Notes: generated from the letters alone by a model not told the origin. Numbered from the stretch's first letter, positions 28,590 through 36,218 are shown. The stretch: DNA of 62,400 bases from a virus (IMGVR_UViG_3300030202_002372:1-62400); one strand, 5' to 3'. A program made the numbers and translations.

Positions 28590-29280
28590 CAGAGCGAAGC
28601 GGCCGGTGCCTGTTGCCAACAGTGATAACATACCAGCAATCATCATTACTTTTAGCACGGGAACGGGATTATCCTTTCATTGTTAACGGCAGCCCACCAA
28701 GAAACAGGAGCCATACATTAGAGATGTACGAATTACTTAATGAGCTACCATTGCCGGTATACAGCTTCCCCACCCGAAGGTCAAGCGTTTTCTTCAGGGA
28801 CCTGCTGCTGGGCTCCTGATGCAGTTTATTATAGTAAGCGCCTCCTTATTAGCCTTTTCCTTACCAACGGGAATGGGATTCACCTGTAACAGCTGCATCA
28901 GCTCCTGGCCATCCAGATCCAGTCTTAATTAGAAAAAACCACAACCTAATGTGTTTGACCGAGAAACGGGAAACCATATCCTGTGATCCTGAACCAAGCT
29001 GGTCTCGCGGGGACGCTGCCGATGAGATGGTAAAAAACCCAGCAAAGTTCAATTTTACCTGTCAACGGGAACGGGATTTTGCGTAATCATTGATCTTTCT
29101 GAGCTTCAGGTTTTTCGCCGGCGCCCGCGGCTTCTGGTAGTAGTTATAACAAACCAACAACTAATTTGCTTGACAACGGGAACGGGGTTTCAGGAGCTGC
29201 ATCTCTGGCCAGGTCCCAGCAGGTGATAGAATTTATACCAGTCATCGCTGTCTCTTATTACTGCAACGGGAAAACGGGAC
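28590..29280 (+). repeat. Right block of ~100-bp-period array (6 clear units; contains copy 2 of direct repeat at 29015..29187)
   Basis: Cores at 28656, 28866, 28965, 29064, 29175, 29265. Confidence 0.85.
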
Positions 29281-29597
29281 CTGTGGCCCTGGATCGCGTT
29301 GCTACCTTCGTAAACTTTATAGACCGACTCCGTGAGGGGTCGGGCCAACACAAAAACCTTTCCACCAAATTTAGTTCTCTCGTAAATCCAGGCTTTTTGA
29401 AACTTAGATAGGCGAAGTGAGTTACCTTTTATTACCTTAAGTTCAATCCAAAATTCAACACCGTTATAGCAACCATTTACATCAGGTACACCTGGGCAAG
29501 CTTTATTTTCTATTCTTACCAAGTGAGCGTCTTTTAACGCTTTTTTTACGTCTTGCCATAATTTTGCTTCTGGCCCCTTTGCCATTTTTAGCTCCAT
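29190..29597 (-). CDS. VRR-NUC/Holliday-junction resolvase-like PD-(D/E)XK nuclease
   Basis: RIEN...GVPDV......FWIELK......SKFQKAW. Confidence 0.8.
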   Translation of the reverse strand: MELKMAKGPEAKLWQDVKKALKDAHLVRIENKACPGVPDVNGCYNGVEFWIELKVIKGNSLRLSKFQKAWIYERTKFGGKVFVLARPLTESVYKVYEGSNAIQGHRSRFPVAVIRDSDDWYKFYHLLGPGQRCSS

Positions 29598-29946
29598 TAA
29601 TTAGTTCATTTAGATAAGGTAAGAACCACTTGTTATCTCTGATAACTTGCACCAAGAGATTTGTCAAAGCATTTACTACAAGCTCTTCCTTTTTAACGTT
29701 TGTAATTGGACCACCATCAGCACTTAGACCAGAATAATCTAATCCGGCATGTAAAATTTCATGAAGGAACGTATTGCCTTTTTCAATGCTTTTAAGATTT
29801 TTGTCCAATAAGATTTGTTTGTTTTGAGCATCATATTCTCCTAACGTATTATCTTTAAACAAGATTGATTTGATTTTTAAATCGTCATATCCAATTTTAA
29901 TTTTCTTCTGTCTCAACTCTGACCTCCCCCACATGTGTGCTGACAA
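29503..29946 (-). CDS. Putative Zn metallopeptidase (HExxH)
   Basis: GEYD...I.LD...NTFLHEILHA...EE..VN; start uncertain. Confidence 0.65.
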   Translation of the reverse strand: MSAHMWGRSELRQKKIKIGYDDLKIKSILFKDNTLGEYDAQNKQILLDKNLKSIEKGNTFLHEILHAGLDYSGLSADGGPITNVKKEELVVNALTNLLVQVIRDNKWFLPYLNELINGAKNGKGARSKIMARRKKSVKRRSLGKNRK

Positions 29947-29987
29947 ATGAGCTATTGTTAATAAAATTTAATACCGCAAGAAAATCT

Positions 29988-30524
29988 TTAAACTTCTTGG
30001 TCTTGTCCGCTTTGGACTTCAACGTCCTCAGCGTCTGCTGGTATTTCGATAACTTTCGTTTCACCAAGCTCATCGTGCAACTCCTTAATTGATTTAATAA
30101 GATCATCTTTACTCAATGCAGATAAATTCTGCGTTTTAATTTCTTTTCTATCAATATAAAAACCTGCAGCTTGACCAAGTCTAAATTCTGAATTAATTGC
30201 TGCTGCCATCTGGCCTTTGTCCTCAGCTCTTTTAGACAAACCATCGAGTCTTTTTAAATGTCTTAAAAAATCTTTAAAATGTGCAATACCTTTTTCTCTC
30301 ATCTCTTCAATATAGGAGACAACGTGAGGTGACTTATCAGGATTAGTTAGAATTGATCCCCATTTTTCACAAGTAGGCTCAGAGTAACCTGCTTGCTTTG
30401 CAGCTTCTTTTTTTGTGATGTTAGGGTAATTAGCTACATATACCTCAGCAAAAGTTCTTTGTTTTGGTGTGAGATTCAAATGTGTTTTTTTACTATTTGC
30501 TATTGTTAGCCCAGTTCTTGACAT
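29988..30524 (-). CDS. terS: Terminase small subunit
   Basis: LTPKQRTFAEVYV...KEAAKQAGYS HTH; AAINSE.RLGQAAGFYIDRKE. Confidence 0.85.
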   Translation of the reverse strand: MSRTGLTIANSKKTHLNLTPKQRTFAEVYVANYPNITKKEAAKQAGYSEPTCEKWGSILTNPDKSPHVVSYIEEMREKGIAHFKDFLRHLKRLDGLSKRAEDKGQMAAAINSEFRLGQAAGFYIDRKEIKTQNLSALSKDDLIKSIKELHDELGETKVIEIPADAEDVEVQSGQDQEV

Positions 30525-30603
30525 TATGCTCCTGTATAAGATTATTCTAACTATGTATATATCAAAATTACCTGAAGATCGCCAGCCCTTTAGTAGTATG
30601 AAA

Positions 30604-30688
30604 TTCTGTGTACTTTCTGTGTACTAGTATGACAATATAAGTGTTGGTATTGTTAGTTAATAGTATGTTTTCTGTGAGTCTGGGTACT
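30604..30688. repeat. Tandem 11-mers TTCTGTGTACT x2 plus two degenerate copies
   Basis: 30604..30625 perfect tandem; TTCTGTGAG and TCTGGGTACT at 30670..30688. Confidence 0.6.
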
Positions 30689-30753
30689 ATTGATGTAAAT
30701 CATTATAAAAATATTATTTACTTAGAAGTATCTATATAGGAAAGAAAAATTCT

Positions 30754-30769
30754 AGTTTCACGTGAAACA
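30754..30769. promoter_or_regulatory. parS-like palindrome
   Basis: AGTTTCACGTGAAACA, 15/16 match to the bacterial parS consensus TGTTTCACGTGAAACA; intergenic. Confidence 0.7.
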
Positions 30770-30785
30770 TAGGAACATAAATAGT

Positions 30786-30900
30786 CTAGGTGAGCAACAA
30801 AATGCTACTCACCCAGTTAACTAAAAGCCTAAAGAGAGCTTTTAAGTAGGTTCCACTCTCGCTTCCCCTACTCTAAGAAAGGGTTAAAAAACTTAACCTG
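30786..30900 (-). ncRNA. Candidate structured RNA with four consecutive hairpins
   Basis: Stems at 30786-30816, 30822-30844, 30845-30872, 30882-30898; G-U pairs and a GAGA tetraloop form only on the minus strand. Confidence 0.55.
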
Positions 30901-31089
30901 TTATTTTTTTATATTAATTTTATTCATAAGTCTACCAATTTCTTGGTCCTTAGCCATAAGGTCTGCTCTCAAACCTTCTACTTCAATAGTATGGTTTTTC
31001 TTAAGCAGTTCTATCTCTGATTCGTATTGATCAGAAGTTTTGACTGGTGAATCAAATTCTTGTTTACTTATCTCTTTCCAAGTCGACAT
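30901..31089 (-). CDS. Small coiled-coil hypothetical protein
   Basis: 62 aa ORF in early cluster. Confidence 0.55.
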   Translation of the reverse strand: MSTWKEISKQEFDSPVKTSDQYESEIELLKKNHTIEVEGLRADLMAKDQEIGRLMNKINIKK

Positions 31090-31180
31090 AATTATTTATT
31101 ACATACCAAACAGCCAGGCCCCCAACTAAAATTGCTATTAAGCCGGTTAACAACATTCCTAGACCAAAACTAACTGTCAT
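31064..31180 (-). CDS. Unannotated 38-aa single-TM peptide
   Basis: Manual translation MTVSFGLGMLLTGLIAILVGGLAVWYVINNYVDLERDK. Confidence 0.55.
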   Translation of the reverse strand: MTVSFGLGMLLTGLIAILVGGLAVWYVINNYVDLERDK

Positions 31181-31308
31181 TTTTTGTTTTTATTTCCTCT
31201 CATGTAATGATCACCAGGCTCGTAGTTCCAACGCTTACCATGGTGGCCTCTTACATCAGCGTAAAACATTCTAAGTTTTACTATTGTTTTTATTATTAAT
31301 TTTTTCAT
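31177..31308 (-). CDS. Unannotated 43-aa peptide
   Basis: Manual translation MKKLIIKTIVKLRMFYADVRGHHGKRWNYEPGDHYMRGNKNKK; ATGA overlap with downstream ORF. Confidence 0.5.
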   Translation of the reverse strand: MKKLIIKTIVKLRMFYADVRGHHGKRWNYEPGDHYMRGNKNKK

Positions 31309-31912
31309 CTTGTTTTTGTACTATCATTTTTCTGGAGCCATTGCTGCAGAATTCAAATTCATATCGGTTTAACACGTCTCTTACAATATTACAATCATAG
31401 GTTTGCCAATCGTCAAAAATAAACACAGCACCTGGAGCTGCTCTCTCTGCAAAGAAAACTGCTTCATTAATTACGTCTGTTGTTTTGTGTGGACCATCAA
31501 AATGCACAAGAGAATACTCATTGAGTAAATATTCTTTTGAATCCCAATAAAATTCAACACCATAGTAATACTTCTCCATGAATACTCTATCTGTTATATT
31601 TAATAAATTAAATCTTGGTTCACCTGCAAAATCTTTCTTAACTTCAGCAAACATCTTTTCGTTGTAGTCCATTTTACTAGGCTTAGTCTTATCGTAATGT
31701 TCGTAAACTAGATCTCCGTATGGATCTATACTCACATGGAAATGTAATCCTGAGTAATTTGGTCGGATATAGTTTAAAATTAATTTAGTTCCTAACCCTT
31801 TTCTCATGCCTACTTCGGCAGTTAACATTATTTTTCGTTTGCTATGTTTTGCAACTCTTTCACTCCAGGATGCAAGTAAATCGTAATCTTTAGAATCTCC
31901 TTCTATAGTCAT
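31271..31912 (-). CDS. Class I SAM-dependent methyltransferase (Methyltransf_24-like)
   Basis: AEVGMRKGLGT, SIDPYG, LVHFDGPH, GAVFIFDD motifs. Confidence 0.8.
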   Translation of the reverse strand: MTIEGDSKDYDLLASWSERVAKHSKRKIMLTAEVGMRKGLGTKLILNYIRPNYSGLHFHVSIDPYGDLVYEHYDKTKPSKMDYNEKMFAEVKKDFAGEPRFNLLNITDRVFMEKYYYGVEFYWDSKEYLLNEYSLVHFDGPHKTTDVINEAVFFAERAAPGAVFIFDDWQTYDCNIVRDVLNRYEFEFCSNGSRKMIVQKQDEKINNKNNSKT

Positions 31913-32213
31913 TTAGATATTTCTCCCTTTGTTTTAAATAATTTTTTTGTTCTTGAGTGTAACTGAAATCTATTCTTGTCTTTCTTAGTCTGTTGTACTG
32001 ATCTAACACATACTCTGGTTCGTAAGCAGCAAACATGCATACTAACCTAAAGTCCTTGTCTCTGTTTTGAAACCAAAGTTTTGATGATTTTTTAGCCACA
32101 ACAAGAGATCGTTCAAGGCCTTTATAAAATAGGTCATCAAATGCTCTCCATAGCACTGCTTTCCATAGCCTCGTCTCTGATGAAACTGGTTCTGATTCGT
32201 ATTCTGTGTGCAT
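31890..32213 (-). CDS. Hypothetical protein
   Basis: E.RLW.AVL.RA.DD...WF....DF..VC..A pattern. Confidence 0.65.
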   Translation of the reverse strand: MHTEYESEPVSSETRLWKAVLWRAFDDLFYKGLERSLVVAKKSSKLWFQNRDKDFRLVCMFAAYEPEYVLDQYNRLRKTRIDFSYTQEQKNYLKQREKYLNDYRRRF

Positions 32214-32286
32214 TGCTCCTGTTTCTGACAGGAGACAACCTCTTGGAAGATCGATGATGGTAACTCATTGATGAAGGTGTCTCCTA

Positions 32287-32472
32287 TCATTTGAAAACCG
32301 TCACTGGTCCGTTGTCCGTGGTCTTGTCGTTTTGTACGACACATATAGGACAATTCATATAGTTATCACCATCTAATTGCAAGACATTTGATGGAAGCTC
32401 TTTTTTTACATAATGATTGCCATCGCAACTCGGACAGCTTTTATAAAATGTAGACTCATTTGCGTCTGCCAT
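32287..32472 (-). CDS. Small Zn-finger protein
   Basis: CPSCDGN...CPIC. Confidence 0.6.
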   Translation of the reverse strand: MADANESTFYKSCPSCDGNHYVKKELPSNVLQLDGDNYMNCPICVVQNDKTTDNGPVTVFK

Positions 32473-32683
32473 TTTTACCTCCCGTCTTCTCCATATCCTT
32501 CATTATTTTAGTTTCGTAAGCATCAGCTGTCATACCTCTATCTTTAGCTCTTCTTACTACCTCTTTATCAATCAAAAGCTCAATGTACTCGGCTGGCTTT
32601 CGATATTCTTTTAAACACAACGCCTGCAGCAACGTATGAGATTTCTTCCTCACGGCTACTGATTTCCATTTATTTACGTCCAT
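32456..32683 (-). CDS. Putative ribbon-helix-helix transcriptional regulator
   Basis: WKSVAV beta strand followed by two helices; GGAGG SD. Confidence 0.55.
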   Translation of the reverse strand: MDVNKWKSVAVRKKSHTLLQALCLKEYRKPAEYIELLIDKEVVRRAKDRGMTADAYETKIMKDMEKTGGKNGRRK

Positions 32684-32692
32684 GTTCCTCCA

Positions 32693-32806
32693 TTACATAA
32701 AATACCATAATGTGCATACTAAAACTAATAAACTAAATCGTGGTAAGAATATGCCAATACATAGACTTACCAACAATATAGTTTTAATAATCCCAACAGC
32801 AATCAT
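32693..32806 (-). CDS. Unannotated 37-aa hydrophobic membrane peptide
   Basis: Manual translation MIAVGIIKTILLVSLCIGIFLPRFSLLVLVCTLWYFM; ATGA overlap. Confidence 0.5.
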   Translation of the reverse strand: MIAVGIIKTILLVSLCIGIFLPRFSLLVLVCTLWYFM

Positions 32807-33081
32807 GGTGTTAGTTTATTATTTTTTCTTCTAAGTAAATCAGCCTTGATAGTTTGATTAGCTATCTCCTTATCAAAAAATGAAATACCTCGATCACCAC
32901 CTTCAGGTTCAAAGATAGTATTAATTAACCTTTTCACTGCATAGGCCCAACGATAATCTTCCGGTGATAACATCCTACCTTCCGAATCATAAGTTGGTAT
33001 ATCTTTAATTATGTTATGCACTGCTTTTGAAAACGACACCCAATTGCAATGATAGTCCTTATCTCCATCGCGCCTACTCAT
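32803..33081 (-). CDS. Hypothetical protein
   Basis: Coupled ORF. Confidence 0.6.
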   Translation of the reverse strand: MSRRDGDKDYHCNWVSFSKAVHNIIKDIPTYDSEGRMLSPEDYRWAYAVKRLINTIFEPEGGDRGISFFDKEIANQTIKADLLRRKNNKLTP

Positions 33082-33419
33082 TAGTTTTCCTTTTTAATAT
33101 CTACTGCATTCCAACTAGCTAATTGATCTTTTACTTGCATAAGTAATTGTTCAAACTTAATAGCTGCTGCATTAGATTTGTGTCTGTTTTTAAGTTCACC
33201 ATCTACCCAAAACTCAATCGTATCGTCTTCATCATGAATTTTAACTGTAAATGATTTTGCTGACCAAGATTTAACACCACGAGTTGGGTGTGGATCTGAG
33301 CCTTTGCTAATACCAGGAGAAAATATTTCTCCAGCATCATTTAGACCTTTCTTTTGTCCTGAAAGGTATAACATCTCTACAAGATTATTTATTCTAGAGA
33401 TTAGTTCTTCTTTGTTCAT
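33081..33419 (-). CDS. Hypothetical protein, first gene of a minus-strand early operon
   Basis: Downstream of the promoter at 33448..33475. Confidence 0.6.
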   Translation of the reverse strand: MNKEELISRINNLVEMLYLSGQKKGLNDAGEIFSPGISKGSDPHPTRGVKSWSAKSFTVKIHDEDDTIEFWVDGELKNRHKSNAAAIKFEQLLMQVKDQLASWNAVDIKKEN

Positions 33420-33447
33420 AAGTTACCATCCTTGTTGTTATCCCACG

Positions 33448-33475
33448 ATAATACAAAATGCCCATTTGAAGTCAA
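33448..33475 (-). promoter_or_regulatory. Sigma70-like promoter followed by CGTGGGAT
   Basis: TTGACT-N16-TATTAT. Confidence 0.7.
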
Positions 33476-33515
33476 GATATATTTACATTGGCTTAAAAAA
33501 AGTGTAAGTAATTTT

Positions 33516-33752
33516 ATGGAGTTCATACTTACAATGATTATGTGTAGTGGTGCTGCCAATAGTTGCCTGCCACCATTTTTAATGCCTACAACATACCCTA
33601 CAATTTATGAGTGTATGATAGATGGTTATGCAGAATCACAAGAAAAATTAATTGAAATAGGGCCAAATGATGTCAATGAACACAGATTATATATAAAATT
33701 TGAGTGTAATCAGGTCATAATCCCGCCACAAAAACCAAAGGTAAGGACTTGA
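33516..33752 (+). CDS. Small Cys-containing, possibly secreted protein (start revised from 33432)
   Basis: MEFILTMIMCS.....C...Y..IYEC...G...IKFEC. Confidence 0.6.
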   Translation: MEFILTMIMCSGAANSCLPPFLMPTTYPTIYECMIDGYAESQEKLIEIGPNDVNEHRLYIKFECNQVIIPPQKPKVRT

Positions 33753-34048
33753 CAGGATTCAATAAAAGTGCATATAATACACCCACGAAAGCTTATCGTG
33801 TACAAATAAGACATAAAGGTATGTACTACGATGAGGTAATAAGCGGACAAAACGATGAAGATGGTTTAAAAAATTTCTTCGTCAAAGGTTATGAAGGTAA
33901 AATACAACCTAAAGACCGAGATCCGATATATACACCGGATCGTTTTTTCTGCACAATTGAAGAGGTAACAAATGAGCTTACAACAATTAGTTCAAAAGAA
34001 ACTCAAATTGGAGCATCAGTGGGCAGCACAAGCACTGGACCAAAATAG
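33749..34048 (+). CDS. Hypothetical protein
   Basis: Plus-strand three-gene island, overlaps neighbours. Confidence 0.55.
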   Translation: MTGFNKSAYNTPTKAYRVQIRHKGMYYDEVISGQNDEDGLKNFFVKGYEGKIQPKDRDPIYTPDRFFCTIEEVTNELTTISSKETQIGASVGSTSTGPK

Positions 34049-34157
34049 GGTAACACCTGACATGAAATGGCTCGACATTGACATCAAGAAATTAAAAGTA
34101 GCTATTAATGATCAAAGTGTAACTGATGCACTAAAAGAATTAAAAGTAGAAGACTAA
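33972..34157 (+). CDS. Small coiled-coil hypothetical protein
   Basis: GAGG SD; 61 aa. Confidence 0.55.
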   Translation: MSLQQLVQKKLKLEHQWAAQALDQNRVTPDMKWLDIDIKKLKVAINDQSVTDALKELKVED

Positions 34158-34351
34158 TACTCTGAATCTACTATAACACCCGGAACATCAACTTCGGTAT
34201 AGACTACCTTTCCGTTTATTTTTTGCTCAACAGTTTCTGAACACAAAGTGCAAGTGAAAAGTTTTTTATTTTTAGTTGGATTAAAATGTGTATGTTCATG
34301 GCACATAGGACATTGGCCTATATTTAATGTTTCGTTAATTTTTACTGTCAT
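34154..34351 (-). CDS. Zn-ribbon protein
   Basis: CPMC...CTLC. Confidence 0.65.
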   Translation of the reverse strand: MTVKINETLNIGQCPMCHEHTHFNPTKNKKLFTCTLCSETVEQKINGKVVYTEVDVPGVIVDSEY

Positions 34352-36218
34352 TTGTTTGGCCCCAGTTCATACCCGTAGCTATATCTACTTTTGAAGGTAC
34401 TTTCAACTCAGGTATACAAACTTCCATTATATCTTTAATTTCTTTACATGCAGGTTCTAGTCTTTCAAATGGTATACTAAAACATAACTCATCATGTATT
34501 TGTATTAAAGGTATAAAATTTTTCTTAGCACAATCTATCATTGCTTGTTTAACTTGATCTGCAGCAGATCCCTGTATCAATCTATTTAATGCTTTGTAAG
34601 TCATTGCACGTTTTATATTATTTTTACCATATTTATTAACTGCGTCTTCAAATGTAGTTGCCTTATGTAAACCAAAAGAACTTGGCTCCCACATATCAAA
34701 TCTACACTTACGCCCTTTTAGAGTCCAAATTGCACCATTCTTATCTGCTGATTCAGCAGCTCTATTTGCTAACTGTTTAACAAAAGGTACTTTTTGATTG
34801 TATTCCTTAAGTATTTGATCTGCTTGTTGCTTATCAATACCTAATTCACGTGAAAGTTTATTTTTTCCCATACCATAAAATATTCCTAAATTAATTGTTT
34901 TGGCCTGAGATCTTGGTATTTGAGCCATGTCAGCTACAGTCTGATGGAAGTCCGTATTTTCCTCTTGATAGGCCTGTATGAGGTCCTCTGTGCCATTAAA
35001 GCCTATACTTGCAGCATAGTGTACTACCAGTCTTGGTTCTTGTTGAGAGTAATCAAATGAAGCCCATCTACAATTTTTATCAGGTAGAAATAACGATCGG
35101 ATCCTGGGTCCCAGGTCTTTGTTCCTAGCTGGAATTTGCTGTAAATTGGGGTGAGCATAAGAGAGCCTACCGGATACGGTTCCCCCTGCATCACCCCTTA
35201 ACTGATTTATTTCTGCATGAATCCTCCCATTATGTTCAAATTTAAAAATTGAATCGATGAAAGTAGAGTGAAATTTATTAACTTCTCTCGCTTCACGAAT
35301 CAAACCAGCTATGGGTTCCTCACAATTAGTCAACCAATTCTGAGTAAAAGATGGTTCTTTAGCCTTCTCAGTGAGAGGGTAAGATATCTTCAACTTATCA
35401 AATGCTTTTGCAATAGATCTAGCTGCCCATATATCTATATCCATACCCGCAGCTTTCTTAATTTTCAACAGCGCTGCTTTTTCTCTTTTTAAAAATTCTT
35501 TCTTCAATGTTTCTGCACCCTCAAGGTCAACACGCACGCCATGTGCTCTCATTTGCACTAATTGAGGTAGCAGCTCCATCTCCATTTCCCATACATCAGT
35601 TAGATCTTGTTTGGTAATTTCAGTTTTAAATCTTTGCCATAATTTATAAGTCAACACTGCATCTTGTTCTGCGTAGGGACCTACAAATTTAGCAGGTAGC
35701 TTAAACATTTCTCCTTTTGCATCTATTCCCCAATCTTGTGCTGCTTCTCTTAAACCTGCTTCAGATTTAAGTTCAGATAAATAATCAACTGACAAAGCAT
35801 TCAAACTGTATCCTCTTCTATTCTCATCAATTAATGCGGCAGCAATCATTGTGTCAGCAATCTTTCCATACACCACAACTCCATGAGCTCTTAACCAACC
35901 AATATCGTAAGCAGCATTGTGAAACAATTTAATAGCTTTAGATCTACAGATGTCTTGGACCCAATTTAGAACCATTCTAATATCCATATTACTACCAGCT
36001 TCATGAGCTACTGGGTAGTAACCTTTAAAATTATTAGTGGCTACAGATATACCAATTACATTACCATTCATCGTTGGCCATCCTGGTCCCTTAACTTTTA
36101 TATCAGGATCTTTAGTTTCTAAATCTATAGCTACCTCAGGTTCGTTTCTTAAATCAGGAAAACTTGTAGGTGGTGTCCAATCTGAATCTTGAAATGTAAA
36201 ATTAATTTGATTCGTCAT
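34335..36218 (-). CDS. polA: Family A DNA polymerase (3'-5' exonuclease + polymerase, no 5'-3' exonuclease)
   Basis: ExoI DLET, ExoII HNAAYD, ExoIII YAEQD; motif A DYSQQEPR, motif B RSQAKTINLGIFYG, motif C IHDE. Confidence 0.95.
   Translation of the reverse strand: MTNQINFTFQDSDWTPPTSFPDLRNEPEVAIDLETKDPDIKVKGPGWPTMNGNVIGISVATNNFKGYYPVAHEAGSNMDIRMVLNWVQDICRSKAIKLFHNAAYDIGWLRAHGVVVYGKIADTMIAAALIDENRRGYSLNALSVDYLSELKSEAGLREAAQDWGIDAKGEMFKLPAKFVGPYAEQDAVLTYKLWQRFKTEITKQDLTDVWEMEMELLPQLVQMRAHGVRVDLEGAETLKKEFLKREKAALLKIKKAAGMDIDIWAARSIAKAFDKLKISYPLTEKAKEPSFTQNWLTNCEEPIAGLIREAREVNKFHSTFIDSIFKFEHNGRIHAEINQLRGDAGGTVSGRLSYAHPNLQQIPARNKDLGPRIRSLFLPDKNCRWASFDYSQQEPRLVVHYAASIGFNGTEDLIQAYQEENTDFHQTVADMAQIPRSQAKTINLGIFYGMGKNKLSRELGIDKQQADQILKEYNQKVPFVKQLANRAAESADKNGAIWTLKGRKCRFDMWEPSSFGLHKATTFEDAVNKYGKNNIKRAMTYKALNRLIQGSAADQVKQAMIDCAKKNFIPLIQIHDELCFSIPFERLEPACKEIKDIMEVCIPELKVPSKVDIATGMNWGQTNDSKN

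Noticed and set aside
27710-29186. GGGAACGGG as FtsK KOPS or as a G-quadruplex
   Set aside because: KOPS is GGGNAGGG (two-base gap) and this has three; only two G-tracts per core. Kept only as an analogy for polarity
27650-29280. CRISPR array interpretation of the periodic repeats
   Set aside because: The core is only ~12 nt and non-palindromic, intervening segments are ~80-100 nt and partly duplicated, and no cas operon is present; the 43193..43930 nuclease is a generic phage exonuclease
27733-29411. ORF-track entries 27733..27921, 28613..28819, 28861..29052, 29166..29411
   Set aside because: They lie in the GC-richer array where stop codons are rarer, lack clear SD/starts, and translate the repeat core; likely spurious
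29897-30106. 69-aa ORF overlapping the terS 3' end
   Set aside because: Overlaps both terS and the HExxH gene extensively; a shorter real peptide cannot be excluded but is unsupported
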